In this document: one piece after another, positions 17,638 to 27,868 of the stretch
Numbering within the stretch: the first letter of the stretch is position 1
Layout of the letters: every line of letters begins with the position of its first letter
UHGV virus genome: UHGV-0038496
Source of the DNA: a virus
DNA: 64,000 nucleotides
Strand: one strand, 5' to 3'
Program-made: the position numbers and the translations under genes
Notes under the pieces: model-generated
Told to the model about the DNA's origin: nothing
The model's input: the letters and a program-made list of their open reading frames with translations, nothing else
The model's database searches: none

Positions 17638-18278
17638 AAAAGAGAAATAGAAAACCTGTAGAGTGGTATTTGTTAGATTTTGACTTTAAATTCAGAGATG
17701 GTACATGGTGCAACTGTACTGAAGTTGTTGTAGGTGATAAATCTTACAAAGTTTTAACAAAAGCAGGTATGATATGGTTTAATATCAAACAGAGAACAAG
17801 GTTGGGGTCAGCTTACCAGAAAAATAAGCCCACTTATGCTGGAGTAAAAAATTGTTTTAAGGATTTTCAAGATTTTTGTGATTTTTGCCAAACAGCCCCA
17901 GGGTATCACATGAAGGATAAGTATGGTAGAAACTATGCTTTAGATAAAGACATTCTTGATAGAAGTGGTAGAAAAGAGTATAGTAGAGACACCTGTTGCT
18001 TTGTTCCTTTGGATGTAAATAATATGTTGTTAACTAGAGGAGGTAAAAAGGCTTCAGACTGTCCACCAGGTATATGTATGACTTCTTGTAAAAAATATGT
18101 AGTTCGTGATGGTCGTGGTAAAAGCAAAGTCTGTAATACGTTAGAGGAAGCCATAGCTGTTAAAAATAAGTTAAAAGCCGAGAGAATCTTGAGCAAGGTG
18201 GAAAGTGGTTATCTCGATTATGACAAAAGGATAGCTTTGCGTTTAACGGAGATAGCTGAAGATCTTCTAGGAGGGTAG
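17634..18278 (+). CDS. putative homing-endonuclease-like protein (AP2-like C-terminal DNA-binding segment)
   Basis: 214 aa, Cys-rich, markedly AT-rich codon usage; C-terminal ...NTLEEAIAVKNKLKAE resembles AP2 domains of HNH-AP2 endonucleases. Confidence 0.35.
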   Translation: MKKRNRKPVEWYLLDFDFKFRDGTWCNCTEVVVGDKSYKVLTKAGMIWFNIKQRTRLGSAYQKNKPTYAGVKNCFKDFQDFCDFCQTAPGYHMKDKYGRNYALDKDILDRSGRKEYSRDTCCFVPLDVNNMLLTRGGKKASDCPPGICMTSCKKYVVRDGRGKSKVCNTLEEAIAVKNKLKAERILSKVESGYLDYDKRIALRLTEIAEDLLGG

Positions 18279-18282
18279 TCAA

Positions 18283-18783
18283 ATGGCTATAATAGATCGG
18301 ATGCCGATGCTGCAAAAAGCATTGCTGTACATACTGATTTTCACGCTGTGTAACATTGCGGTTGGTGTTTGGGGATGGTTGGTTATCCCGATAACGACTT
18401 CTTGCTGTGTTGCTGCAAACATGTTTCTGCGTGACAACGTGATCCACCAGTATGGAGCATTCTGGTCTATAAGCATGGTGGCAATAGCTGGTATGGTTAC
18501 AGCAGCTGTATCTCCTGTTGCCACACAGGCCGCGATAGGTTGCTTTGTGGCTGTTGTAGCAAGCTGCGGCGCTGCTAACATACTTTATAGATTCACAGAT
18601 AACATAGTGGTTGTTAATATCTGCACTGCTGCTGTAGATGCATTGATATTCAGTCCGGTTGCATTCCTGGAGATTATGCCAGGTGTTATGGCTATGCAGT
18701 TTGGGGTGAAATGCATTGCGGTTGTGCTGGTTGGGGTACTGATTGCTAAACTTGAACGAAGAGAGGCTCACAACAATGATTAA
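18283..18783 (+). CDS. integral membrane protein
   Basis: 166 aa, 4-5 hydrophobic helices. Confidence 0.5.
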   Translation: MAIIDRMPMLQKALLYILIFTLCNIAVGVWGWLVIPITTSCCVAANMFLRDNVIHQYGAFWSISMVAIAGMVTAAVSPVATQAAIGCFVAVVASCGAANILYRFTDNIVVVNICTAAVDALIFSPVAFLEIMPGVMAMQFGVKCIAVVLVGVLIAKLERREAHNND

Positions 18784-19480
18784 ACTGTACCGTAAGCTGG
18801 AAGAACTTTCACTTAGTAATAACTTCGTATGGGCTGCTGACCACGTACGAGACTGGAACCTCACTGCTGCACAGGCCAAAGGTGGTAAGTTTACACCTCT
18901 GGATCTGCAACTAAGTTTTGTGGAAGAAGAGTTCAACGAGGTGCTGGAAGCAATTGACGAAGGAAATATTGATCATCTGATGAAAGAGGCTTGTGATCTC
19001 TTCGTGGTGACAAGCTATGCCGGATACTTGCTCCGTGAAACATTGGTCTGGAGGGATTTATTCGAGCGTGACACAGAAAGCAAGTTTGAAATCGGAACGT
19101 TTATGCATCTCCTGAGTCGTGCGATGGTTGGTGATCATCAGTCAATGAACGTTGCTAAACTTTGCCGTATGTCAACTGCTCTGCTGTTCCAGCTCCGTGG
19201 CGATACTGAAGGCATGATGAAAAAAGTTCTGGAATCAAACGACAGTAAGTTTGCCACATTACAGAAACTTCGTGCAGCACACGGTGTTCCTGCTGTGCAG
19301 GTAGATATTCCGTCACTGATAGGTTTGGAGCTAAAAGAGTTGACAAACCGCTTCGAAGGGCGTTATACTGGTTTCACTTGCTCAGAAGTCGTCTACAAAG
19401 GTGAAAAACGCTTCGTCTTCCTTGACGGAAAAGGTAAGATCATGAAGCCTTCGAGCTTTGTAGATGTTGATGAACTGTAA
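18776..19480 (+). CDS. hypothetical protein (possible MazG-like nucleotide pyrophosphohydrolase N-domain)
   Basis: EEEFNEVLEAIDEG...EACDLFVV resembles MazG EExxE...ExxD; tentative. Confidence 0.35.
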   Translation: MIKLYRKLEELSLSNNFVWAADHVRDWNLTAAQAKGGKFTPLDLQLSFVEEEFNEVLEAIDEGNIDHLMKEACDLFVVTSYAGYLLRETLVWRDLFERDTESKFEIGTFMHLLSRAMVGDHQSMNVAKLCRMSTALLFQLRGDTEGMMKKVLESNDSKFATLQKLRAAHGVPAVQVDIPSLIGLELKELTNRFEGRYTGFTCSEVVYKGEKRFVFLDGKGKIMKPSSFVDVDEL

Positions 19481-19539
19481 CAACAATCGCCAGGGCTAGT
19501 CCCTGGCTTTGATCGTTGAAACTGCACACGGAGACTACT

Positions 19540-20103
19540 ATGAAAGTGACAGACGATAAAGATCGTGAAGAACTTGCCAAAAAATACGAAATCCCAGGTA
19601 AAACGTTCACATGGACACACGGTTATCAGAGAAACCATTCTGATATTAATGACCGTAAACACCCTGATTTGTGGTTGAAACCTCCTGTACAAGAGGAGGA
19701 GAAGAAACACGAAACAGTTACCCCACGCAAAGATGGTAACTACATTAAGTGTGGTAAATCATCCACACAGAAAGAGGGCTATGCCCTTGATGAGGTGTTG
19801 CATGATGTAGAAACTGTTGTTGATGAGCGCAAACAGCTGATGCTGCAATGGTATCAGAAAGGTTTCTTTGATATGCAAGCTATCAGGAAAGTTTGTGATG
19901 TTAAGAAATCTCAATACGATGATGACTCATTGCATCGTGCACTAAAACACTACGCAGAGCGCTACGGTATGGCTTTGGTTGAACTTGATAAAACAGTACT
20001 GTACCCGCTTGAAGCGATTGCTGGCAGGTTTGGTGATGCTTACGGCGAGATGCTTGGCAACGGGGACGATGTGCTGTTCAATAAAATTTATAGCGGCAAA
20101 TAA
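19540..20103 (+). CDS. hypothetical protein
   Basis: Start at ATG after CGGAG. Confidence 0.45.
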   Translation: MKVTDDKDREELAKKYEIPGKTFTWTHGYQRNHSDINDRKHPDLWLKPPVQEEEKKHETVTPRKDGNYIKCGKSSTQKEGYALDEVLHDVETVVDERKQLMLQWYQKGFFDMQAIRKVCDVKKSQYDDDSLHRALKHYAERYGMALVELDKTVLYPLEAIAGRFGDAYGEMLGNGDDVLFNKIYSGK

Positions 20104-20115
20104 CAGGAGGATACT

Positions 20116-21255
20116 TTGAGAGACTACCCATTACTTACCTCTATTGAGGAGTTAAAAGATCTTCTTGAACCTGATGCTAAAATCTACTACGACTTTGATC
20201 AGGTGGCTTATCAGGCTGCTGCAAGCTGTGAGAAACGCACCATCGAGGTCACTCACAAAGCGTCAGGACACAAGAAAGAGTTCAAGACCAGAACAGAGTT
20301 CTGGGGCAGACAGAAAAAAGCTGTAGGTGGTTGGCTGAAAGCTGAGAATGCTAACCGTGAAGCACGTTGCAAGAAAGCTGGTAAAGAGTTCGTACCCTGG
20401 ACCCGCGATGATTTTGATGTGCTGGATATACAGACACCTGAGCCTGTTGAGAATTGCCTCCACACACTGAAATGCAAAGCTAACGCAGTGCTCAACCACC
20501 TCGGTATCCCAGTTGAAAGATGTGTTGGCGTGCTCGGTGGGGAAGGGAACTTCCGTCTGGATCTCCCTATGCCGGAACAGTACAAGGCCAACAGGGCTGA
20601 CATGCTGCGACCCCTGATGCTGCCGGATGCACGTAGATACCTGCGAGAGCACTTCAACGCACAAGTGATCGACGGTATGGAAGCCGATGACTGGTTGGCA
20701 ATCCAGCAGTATTCCGGTTGGCTACATTACCAACAGACAGGTAAATTCGACAAACTGGTGATCAGTATCGATAAAGATCAACGCCAGACTCCTGGCCTGC
20801 TGTTTGATCCGATGCGTAATGACAAAGGTGATTTTGTTCGTGAAACACCGATGCTGATCGACGATTCCATAGGCCACATCTTCATGAAGCCGAACGGGGA
20901 TGTTGGTGGCTGGGGCCAGATGTTCTTCCATTACCAAATGTTGTGTGGGGATACCGCTGATAACATCAAACCCTATCAGGGGTTGATTGCTAAAGGCCGT
21001 TTTGGTGATGCTTCTGCATTCCAGCTGTTATCCGTATGCGAGAGTGAACTGGAGCTGTGGGAAGCAACGATCCAGCAGTATAAAGAGTGGTTCCCAGATG
21101 GGCGGGTGAAATACACCGACTTCAACGGCATTGATCGGGACATTTCGGTTGGTCAGTGGATGGGCGTTATTTTCGATGCTGTCTATATGAAGCGTGTTTT
21201 CAATGACAAAACTTCTTTATCTTCGACTTTACGTCGAGTGGGGATTATCAAATGA
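20116..21255 (+). CDS. putative 5'-3' exonuclease / flap endonuclease-like protein
   Basis: 379 aa; GMEADDWLA acidic motif similar to FEN/5'-exonuclease family; TTG start after AGGAGG. Confidence 0.4.
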   Translation: MRDYPLLTSIEELKDLLEPDAKIYYDFDQVAYQAAASCEKRTIEVTHKASGHKKEFKTRTEFWGRQKKAVGGWLKAENANREARCKKAGKEFVPWTRDDFDVLDIQTPEPVENCLHTLKCKANAVLNHLGIPVERCVGVLGGEGNFRLDLPMPEQYKANRADMLRPLMLPDARRYLREHFNAQVIDGMEADDWLAIQQYSGWLHYQQTGKFDKLVISIDKDQRQTPGLLFDPMRNDKGDFVRETPMLIDDSIGHIFMKPNGDVGGWGQMFFHYQMLCGDTADNIKPYQGLIAKGRFGDASAFQLLSVCESELELWEATIQQYKEWFPDGRVKYTDFNGIDRDISVGQWMGVIFDAVYMKRVFNDKTSLSSTLRRVGIIK

Positions 21256-21584
21256 ATAAAATCGATGGCGGTGACTTAGCAATTATGGCAGCAGTGTTCG
21301 AAGACGAACATAAAGTTGGTGTAACACAGCTTAAGCCGACGTTCATCGTAGCCACAGGGATGTGGCGTTTGTACGATGAAAATGACTTTGCTTTCATCCT
21401 TTGTACAGATGATTTTGCGAGTGATCGTGTTTTCGCATTGACTCTGAATAAGGATTGTGAGATAATTGAGGGTGAAAACTTATGTGTGTTCACCAGTGTG
21501 CAGGAAGATGCGACTGGTCCAGCATATTCTCTGGTACTTTTCAAAGAAAAAGCGTGGGATGGTGAGGAGGTTCCCGAAGAATGA
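21252..21584 (+). CDS. hypothetical protein
   Basis: 110 aa ORF, overlapping start/stop. Confidence 0.45.
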   Translation: MNKIDGGDLAIMAAVFEDEHKVGVTQLKPTFIVATGMWRLYDENDFAFILCTDDFASDRVFALTLNKDCEIIEGENLCVFTSVQEDATGPAYSLVLFKEKAWDGEEVPEE

Positions 21585-22135
21585 AATTCGTAACAGCAGA
21601 TCTACACCTATTGCATAAAAATATCCTGAATTTTGATTCATCGCAAAAACACAGGGGTATGTACAAAGGTAATCTGGACTCCATGCACAGGGGAATTATC
21701 ACTACGTGGAATGATCAAGTGTCTCCTGATGATACTGTGTTCCTTCTGGGGGACATTTGTTGCGCTAAGGATAAAGATATCGCACACGATCTGCAATACT
21801 TTTTGGATATTATGAACGGTCATATTATTCTTGTCCGTGGGAATCATGATACCGAAACCACAGTGCGGATCATGAAAGAGTTTGGTCATGAAGTGGTTGA
21901 CTACTACGAATGCCGGGACTTCGAAGATCTGATCTGCATGAGCCACTACCAGTTTGCTACATGGAATAAGAAACGCTACGGTGCAAGGCAGCTGTACGGG
22001 CATGATCATGGTACGGGGACTGAGTGCTACGGCAGGCAGATGGATTGCGGCTGGGATCTGTGGGGCAGACTGTTAACGCTGGAGGAGGCCTACAACATGA
22101 CAGGCGCACTTCCGGTATGGAATAAACATTGTTAA
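21581..22135 (+). CDS. calcineurin-like metallophosphoesterase
   Basis: LLGDICCA (GDxxD-like) and GNHD motifs. Confidence 0.6.
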   Translation: MKFVTADLHLLHKNILNFDSSQKHRGMYKGNLDSMHRGIITTWNDQVSPDDTVFLLGDICCAKDKDIAHDLQYFLDIMNGHIILVRGNHDTETTVRIMKEFGHEVVDYYECRDFEDLICMSHYQFATWNKKRYGARQLYGHDHGTGTECYGRQMDCGWDLWGRLLTLEEAYNMTGALPVWNKHC

Positions 22136-22144
22136 GGAGAACAA

Positions 22145-22879
22145 ATGATTAATTTCTTCTTTAATGATAATTTCCCATTTTGGTACAAAGATGGGGAGTT
22201 GATTTGGACAAAGAATCACTACAGAGGTAGAGGCAAAAGTCAACTCTTTATAAAAGCTGGCACAAAAGCGGGTTGTAAAGATAGGCAAGGGTATATCGGT
22301 ATTAAATCCTCAGAGGTTCGTGAGAGGAAACGTCATAGAATAATTTATGATATGTTTTATAACTCCTTAACAAAAAACTTTCTTGTCAGGCATTTAAATG
22401 ACATAAAAGGTCAGGATAACATAGAAAATCTCGCTATGGGCACGTACAGCGAGAACAATAAGGATCGCATAAGAAATAATTTACTACAGAAAAATAACTT
22501 GTACGGTCACGCAGGTGTTCATAAGAAACGTGAGAACGGTTTATGGTACGCAGAATATAACACCCTTGCGGGAGGGACAAGATTTGCTGGGTATTTTAAG
22601 ACCAAAGACGAGGCTGTAGAGGCAAGGAAACAGCTAGTTTCAGGCACTTACAAAGGCAAAACACTTAAACTCAATAACACATCTGGGTGTACAGGTGTTA
22701 AATGGAGACATGACACAGGCAAGTGGCAAGTTCAGATTGCTGAAAACAGCAAAAGGTATCACTTAGGGCAATACGCAGAGTGGTGGGACGCTGTATGTGT
22801 CAGAAAATCAGCAGAATATGCAAAACATAATGGTTTGTTGGAAGAGTGGTTGATTGGAGGTTCGAATGAAATTGAATAA
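22145..22879 (+). CDS. HNH-AP2 homing endonuclease (free-standing)
   Basis: HRIIYDMF...RHLNDIKGQDNIENL HNH motif; C-terminal AP2-like repeats; AT-rich. Confidence 0.6.
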   Translation: MINFFFNDNFPFWYKDGELIWTKNHYRGRGKSQLFIKAGTKAGCKDRQGYIGIKSSEVRERKRHRIIYDMFYNSLTKNFLVRHLNDIKGQDNIENLAMGTYSENNKDRIRNNLLQKNNLYGHAGVHKKRENGLWYAEYNTLAGGTRFAGYFKTKDEAVEARKQLVSGTYKGKTLKLNNTSGCTGVKWRHDTGKWQVQIAENSKRYHLGQYAEWWDAVCVRKSAEYAKHNGLLEEWLIGGSNEIE

Positions 22880-23345
22880 AGATAAGCAATTAAGAGCATT
22901 TTTTCGTCTTATTTCGTTCAGCGAGGGGACCGACCGTTATGGTGGAGAAGATGCTTCGTACCACATCCTGGTTGGTGGAAAGTACATAAGGGATCTCAGT
23001 AAGCACCCCGGTATCTATGTTAAACTGCGTCCAGGCTTAACGTCATCAGCATTCGGCAGATACCAGATCTTGGAGAAATATGCCAAGCATTATATGAAAC
23101 AACTTGGCTTAAAAGATTTTGGTCCGGCGAGTCAGGATGCTATAGCAAAACAACTGATCCGTGAATGTAAAGCCCTTGATGACATATATGAAGGAAGGAT
23201 CCGTTCAGCTATCTACAAATGCCGTAGCCGTTGGGCAAGTTTCCCACCGCCTCCTGGTTCTGGTAAACTTTATGATCAGCGGGTTGAGGATGTTGAAAAA
23301 ATGTTGAAAATCTTCCGCGATGCTGGAGGTGTGGTCACGGATTAA
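22866..23345 (+). CDS. endolysin, lambda R-like lytic transglycosylase
   Basis: FSEGTD...GRYQ...LGLKDFGP...SQDA...AGG matches lambda R hallmark segments; start at ATG after GGAGG. Confidence 0.7.
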   Translation: MKLNKDKQLRAFFRLISFSEGTDRYGGEDASYHILVGGKYIRDLSKHPGIYVKLRPGLTSSAFGRYQILEKYAKHYMKQLGLKDFGPASQDAIAKQLIRECKALDDIYEGRIRSAIYKCRSRWASFPPPPGSGKLYDQRVEDVEKMLKIFRDAGGVVTD

Positions 23346-23351
23346 GTTTAT

Positions 23352-23380
23352 TTGACAGCCTGCTTTGTTTTTGGTATACT
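23352..23380 (+). promoter_or_regulatory. sigma70-like promoter
   Basis: TTGACA-17-TATACT. Confidence 0.55.
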
Positions 23381-23407
23381 TCGGTTGTTGATAAAAAGGA
23401 GGGCACT

Positions 23408-23611
23408 ATGAAAACACTGTGGGCTGTCTTTATTTCTGCTATGATGTTTGCTTCTGGTTCTGCATGGGCAGGTGATACAGCTTACCTTGTGGACACTTAT
23501 CGTGGCAACGGGCAGAAAGTTTGTATCTATGAAACGAGCCAAGGTGAAGTGTACGAACTGGTGAAACAGGGTGAGGCTGGTAGTTGCCCACGTACACATT
23601 ATTTTGACTAA
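23408..23611 (+). CDS. small secreted protein (signal peptide)
   Basis: 67 aa; N-terminal MKTLWAVFISAMMFASGSAWA signal-like sequence; AAAGGAGGG RBS. Confidence 0.5.
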   Translation: MKTLWAVFISAMMFASGSAWAGDTAYLVDTYRGNGQKVCIYETSQGEVYELVKQGEAGSCPRTHYFD

Positions 23612-23628
23612 TATACAGGAGCGGGATC

Positions 23629-24066
23629 ATGAACCCACAAGATATGGCGAGCATTGAGGATGCTTTGCTATTTGTGAAGGGGGCTTCTGAGATCCTCGAA
23701 CTTGATGAAGAGCAGAGGGTAAACCTGTTGTGCAGAGTGCAGCAGGCTTACAATCTTCCTCAAATCCTGCTTCGGGATGATGAGCTATATAAAGAACCAG
23801 ATCCACAACTGATTCCTCTGGAGACAATCCTCCACCGGATGGGTTGGAGTCGTTCAAAGATTGCCAATAACATTGTGCTGGCTTTTCAGCATCTGGTGAA
23901 CAAAGGGGCTATGGTGCTTACGCAACAAGGCTTCTGCCTCACAGAAGAATCTGAGATTGGTCTGGGAAAGAATTTGTACGATGACGGGGCTGTACATCCA
24001 CGATTCTACGAAGATCAAATGAAAATTATTATCAATTTGCTGCGGGATTTCGATCCTGTAGTATAA
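23629..24066 (+). CDS. hypothetical protein
   Basis: 145 aa ORF, ACAGGAG RBS. Confidence 0.5.
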   Translation: MNPQDMASIEDALLFVKGASEILELDEEQRVNLLCRVQQAYNLPQILLRDDELYKEPDPQLIPLETILHRMGWSRSKIANNIVLAFQHLVNKGAMVLTQQGFCLTEESEIGLGKNLYDDGAVHPRFYEDQMKIIINLLRDFDPVV

Positions 24067-24076
24067 GGAGTTGACA

Positions 24077-24688
24077 GTGATTTTACTTTCTGTTGACCAA
24101 TCACTAACACATTCGGCCTGCTGTATATGGCAGGATGGTGTTCCGGTGCACAAAGCCGTCTTTAAGACAGCAGATAGCTGTGCCAAAGAGGTGAAGAAGG
24201 GGGCTTATCAAGCCCATTTTACCGTTGAGCGTATACAGTGGTTATGCGAACAAATAGCTGCACTTGCTGAAGAGTGGAAAATAGACCACTTTGTGATGGA
24301 AGACTTACCTTTCAACCTTGCCCGTGGCAACGCTGGCAAGGATTTGGCAGGTCTGTTCTATGCTATTGAGCTTGCCATGTTGAAGACGCTCGGAGACATA
24401 TCGAAAATTCACACAGTGAACGTAACTGCCGCTAAGAAGCAGGCTCACAGCTTTTTACCACCAGAACTTGCCTTTTATGAAGAAATAAAGGTTGACAAAC
24501 GTTCCGGTAAGGAGCATACTATTACGAAGCAAGTGAAAATGGATAAGAAACTTATGATCGCCGCTGCTGAAAGTAAGTGGCCTGGGTTTCTTGACGGTAT
24601 GAACTTGACTATGGGCAAGGCTGACGTAGCGGATGCTTTGTGGATAGGCTATTGTTGGTGGGAGGGTATATCAGGAAGCGCAAGGTAA
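24077..24688 (+). CDS. hypothetical protein (possible RuvC-like resolvase)
   Basis: N-terminal ILLSVDQSLTHSA resembles RuvC-family start; GTG start after AAGGAG; tentative. Confidence 0.3.
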   Translation: MILLSVDQSLTHSACCIWQDGVPVHKAVFKTADSCAKEVKKGAYQAHFTVERIQWLCEQIAALAEEWKIDHFVMEDLPFNLARGNAGKDLAGLFYAIELAMLKTLGDISKIHTVNVTAAKKQAHSFLPPELAFYEEIKVDKRSGKEHTITKQVKMDKKLMIAAAESKWPGFLDGMNLTMGKADVADALWIGYCWWEGISGSAR

Positions 24689-25221
24689 AAGCAAGGCGTA
24701 AGGCTGTGAAAGCCCCTGTGACGGGCAGGTGGTTGAAGGATTCGAAAGAAATTGCAGCTTTGCGTGAAGAAATGTCTGAGGAACAGGGTGGTCTGGATCC
24801 TGTACTTGGCGAGCCACTTCGCAAACCAGTACTCGACCATGACCATGCAGACGGACACTGTAGAGGTGTTTTATCACAGTGTGTGAATACCTGGGAGGGG
24901 TATATCACGAAATACTGGATGAAATACGTTGCAGAGTACACAGATTGCAGTCTATCAGAGGCGTTGCGCCGGATGGCTGACTATCTTGAAAATGACTACA
25001 GTGATCTCCCGTTCCACAAGAATTACAGAGATGATATGACTAAGTTCTTAAGGCGCTGTTCTAAGGCCACAATCATCGCCAGAGCGAAGAAAGACCTTAA
25101 TCTGGACATACCTGAGGACTTAACCAAACATGAAGCCATAGAGGCTTACATGAAGGAATTTATTAAGTATACAGAGGAGAGAGACTTTTATGTCGGAGAT
25201 CAGAGAGAAACCCGTGTTTAA
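24640..25221 (+). CDS. endonuclease VII-like recombination endonuclease
   Basis: LDHDH...G..RG.L...CN motif typical of T4 gp49 family. Confidence 0.55.
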   Translation: MDRLLLVGGYIRKRKVKARRKAVKAPVTGRWLKDSKEIAALREEMSEEQGGLDPVLGEPLRKPVLDHDHADGHCRGVLSQCVNTWEGYITKYWMKYVAEYTDCSLSEALRRMADYLENDYSDLPFHKNYRDDMTKFLRRCSKATIIARAKKDLNLDIPEDLTKHEAIEAYMKEFIKYTEERDFYVGDQRETRV

Positions 25222-25420
25222 ACCATGTGAATCAGTTGTACTAAGATTTCTTTACCGTAACTACAAAGGTAAATACTCTGATCGGATAGTCACAGAACCA
25301 CAAATCTGGTTCGGACATACAGAATGGCATCCTGAAGATTGTTACCTGATGCACGCTTTTGACATAGAGAAAGGCGAGTATCGGGACTTCAAGGTTCAAG
25401 ATATCGTACGATTCTACTAA
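25190..25420 (+). CDS. hypothetical protein
   Basis: 76 aa ORF. Confidence 0.4.
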   Translation: MSEIREKPVFKPCESVVLRFLYRNYKGKYSDRIVTEPQIWFGHTEWHPEDCYLMHAFDIEKGEYRDFKVQDIVRFY

Positions 25421-25430
25421 GGATAACGAA

Positions 25431-26414
25431 ATGGCTGATTTAACAGTAGAAAAAATCGTAGAGCTTAAGACTCAGGGTTGGACCAATAGGCAGATAGCTC
25501 GTGAGTTATTAGGTAAAGAATCCCGTGAAAGCTGGGTTCGTCTACAACTGAAAAAAGCCCAGGCTAACTTCAATGAGATTGCTGGCGAAGCTGCTGAGCG
25601 TTTCATGGAAGAGAACCGTGGTGCTAAAATCTGGATTTACGATACAGAAACCTCTCCAACCTGTGGGTGGTTTTTCGGTCACTATAAAACAAACATCCAA
25701 CCTGCTGGTATTGAAATATTACCATACATGCTGACGTTTGCAGGTAAATGGCTGGACAGTCCTACTGTTGTAGACTGTGGTTTGCCAGACTACCCTATGT
25801 GGCAGCAGGATATACACAACGACCACGATTTGATTGAAGATTTGTGGTATTACATGGATGCTTGTGATATAGCTGTGGCCCATAACGCCCCATTTGACGA
25901 TGGCTGGGGCAATATGCGGTTCGCTTTTCACAACATGCCACCAGTATCGCCGTACAAAGAAGTGGATACTTTGAAGATGATCAAGAAAGCATTCCACTTG
26001 AACGCCAACACACTGGAATATGCTTGCAAGTACTTCCAGCTTGAGCGTCAGAAACTGATGGATCATACTTTCCAGATGTGGGTAGATTGCGTGCACGGTG
26101 ATTTGAATGCGTTTGCCAAAATGCGTGAGTACAACGTAGGTGATATTCTTTCTCTGGAAGGGTTATACCTGCTTGCACGTCCGTTTGCGAAACAGCATCC
26201 AAACCTGTCGCTGTATTATCAGGACGAAGAACCTGTTCTGCGTTGCCCACGCTGTGGTGGTGTACACTTGACCAAGCAAGATGGTGTTCATGCTTACACC
26301 CAGATAAGTAAGTTCGAAGTGTATCGTTGTGAAGATTGTGGTTCAGTTGCCCGTGATCGTCGCAACATCCGTTCACGCGAAGAAATGAAAGAAACGTTGA
26401 TTCAGATCATCTAA
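25431..26414 (+). CDS. DEDD-family 3'-5' exonuclease-like protein
   Basis: IWIYDTETSP Exo I-like motif; C-terminal CPRCGG...CEDCG zinc ribbon. Confidence 0.5.
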   Translation: MADLTVEKIVELKTQGWTNRQIARELLGKESRESWVRLQLKKAQANFNEIAGEAAERFMEENRGAKIWIYDTETSPTCGWFFGHYKTNIQPAGIEILPYMLTFAGKWLDSPTVVDCGLPDYPMWQQDIHNDHDLIEDLWYYMDACDIAVAHNAPFDDGWGNMRFAFHNMPPVSPYKEVDTLKMIKKAFHLNANTLEYACKYFQLERQKLMDHTFQMWVDCVHGDLNAFAKMREYNVGDILSLEGLYLLARPFAKQHPNLSLYYQDEEPVLRCPRCGGVHLTKQDGVHAYTQISKFEVYRCEDCGSVARDRRNIRSREEMKETLIQII

Positions 26415-26452
26415 TAGAAGATGGAGGGGCTTAGGCCCCTCAGGAGCGGGTA

Positions 26453-26620
26453 ATGTTGAAAGCAAAATGCCTCAAAGAAGATGCCGATAAAACTTTGCAG
26501 ATCGGTTGTGTCTATTTGGTTGAGCAGGTCGGTTGTGATGTGCTGGTATATCTTCCCCACGGTATGAACAGATACCTCGGTATGTTTCCGGCATCATGGT
26601 TTGGAGTTGTTCAGCAGTAG
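26453..26620 (+). CDS. hypothetical small protein
   Basis: 55 aa ORF after CAGGAG; preceded by GAGGGGCTTAGGCCCCTC hairpin. Confidence 0.35.
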   Translation: MLKAKCLKEDADKTLQIGCVYLVEQVGCDVLVYLPHGMNRYLGMFPASWFGVVQQ

Positions 26621-26629
26621 GAGATTGTT

Positions 26630-27259
26630 ATGGATGTGATTGTTTTGAATGCTCCGATGAAGTCAGGTAAAGACTACCTTGCAGATCTGCTGGTAGGTAT
26701 CATGGATCAGAATGGTATTCCTGCTGCTCATCGTGAAGTGAAAGAAATGTTGTTCTCTGTAGTAATCAAAGCTGCTGGGATTACCCCACAACTATGGGCT
26801 GCGATCTATGATCGCCATTATAAAGAGGAGCCTTGCCCCTATTTGATGATTGATGGCAAGCATGTTTCCCCACGGGAGTGGATGATCCACTGCTCTGAAG
26901 ATTTGATTAAGCCCCTATTTGGTAATCATGCCTTCGGGGACGCAGCGGTCAACTCTCTGAGAAAAGATTATCCTGAAGGTGATGGAGTAATCATCTATTC
27001 AGACGGTGGCTTCATAGAAGAGGTTGAGCGTATTTCTGAGTATGCTTACAGCACTGGCGGTGATTTCATGCTGGTCCGTGTGCACAGAAAAGGTTACGAT
27101 TGGGGTATTGACTCACGCTCATACCTGAATTTAGCCTTAAATAATGTGCGTGGATATGAAATGGATATTGACAACAAGGAGGGATGTGCGTTAGAATGTG
27201 CGGAAACGATAGCAGAAGTCTTCTTCGCAGTTAAAGAGGGGACACAATTCGAGGAGTAG
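26630..27259 (+). CDS. putative deoxynucleoside monophosphate kinase
   Basis: N-terminal P-loop-like GxxxxGKD (NAPMKSGKD); size and context. Confidence 0.45.
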   Translation: MDVIVLNAPMKSGKDYLADLLVGIMDQNGIPAAHREVKEMLFSVVIKAAGITPQLWAAIYDRHYKEEPCPYLMIDGKHVSPREWMIHCSEDLIKPLFGNHAFGDAAVNSLRKDYPEGDGVIIYSDGGFIEEVERISEYAYSTGGDFMLVRVHRKGYDWGIDSRSYLNLALNNVRGYEMDIDNKEGCALECAETIAEVFFAVKEGTQFEE

Positions 27260-27263
27260 CAGT

Positions 27264-27866
27264 ATGTTAATAGGCGTTGATGTTGATCTCACACTTGTTC
27301 CTACAGATGGTGCATGGTGGAACTGGATGGAAGCAATGTACAGGGTGAATGGTGATTTCACTCTGCCAGAAGAGCCTCCTAAGAATGGCAGATTGTTCTA
27401 CGACCTTGGCAAATACTTCCCTGAGCCAGGTAAGCACATGCTGAAGCCTAAAGATTTCTGGGAAGATCCGTATTTGTATGATCGTCTTCGCCCGTATGGT
27501 CATGCAATGGATGTTCTTAAGAAATGGGTTAAACAAGGCCATCAGATTGCGTTTATCTCGATGTGCAACAAAGGTCATCAGGCTTCAAAAGTTCGCTTCT
27601 TGAAGCGTTGGACTCAGGATTTCATGGACTTGGATGATCACTCGCAAGGACACGGTTTCTATGCCACACATTTCAAAGGCAACATCAACTGTGATGTGAT
27701 GATAGACGACCGTAATGAGTTCCTTAACCAGTTTAATCCGGCTAAAACGATCCTGATTAAAATGAAAACTCCGTACGAACAGTATCATGAACTGACTAAC
27801 CCTGTTGACTGCTTGGCAGATGACTGGTATGATATTGAAGACTTCATGGACACTATTCTGGAGTAG
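27264..27866 (+). CDS. HAD-family 5'(3')-deoxyribonucleotidase
   Basis: N-terminal DVDLT (DxDxT) HAD motif I and C-terminal MIDD. Confidence 0.55.
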   Translation: MLIGVDVDLTLVPTDGAWWNWMEAMYRVNGDFTLPEEPPKNGRLFYDLGKYFPEPGKHMLKPKDFWEDPYLYDRLRPYGHAMDVLKKWVKQGHQIAFISMCNKGHQASKVRFLKRWTQDFMDLDDHSQGHGFYATHFKGNINCDVMIDDRNEFLNQFNPAKTILIKMKTPYEQYHELTNPVDCLADDWYDIEDFMDTILE

Positions 27867-27868
27867 TC

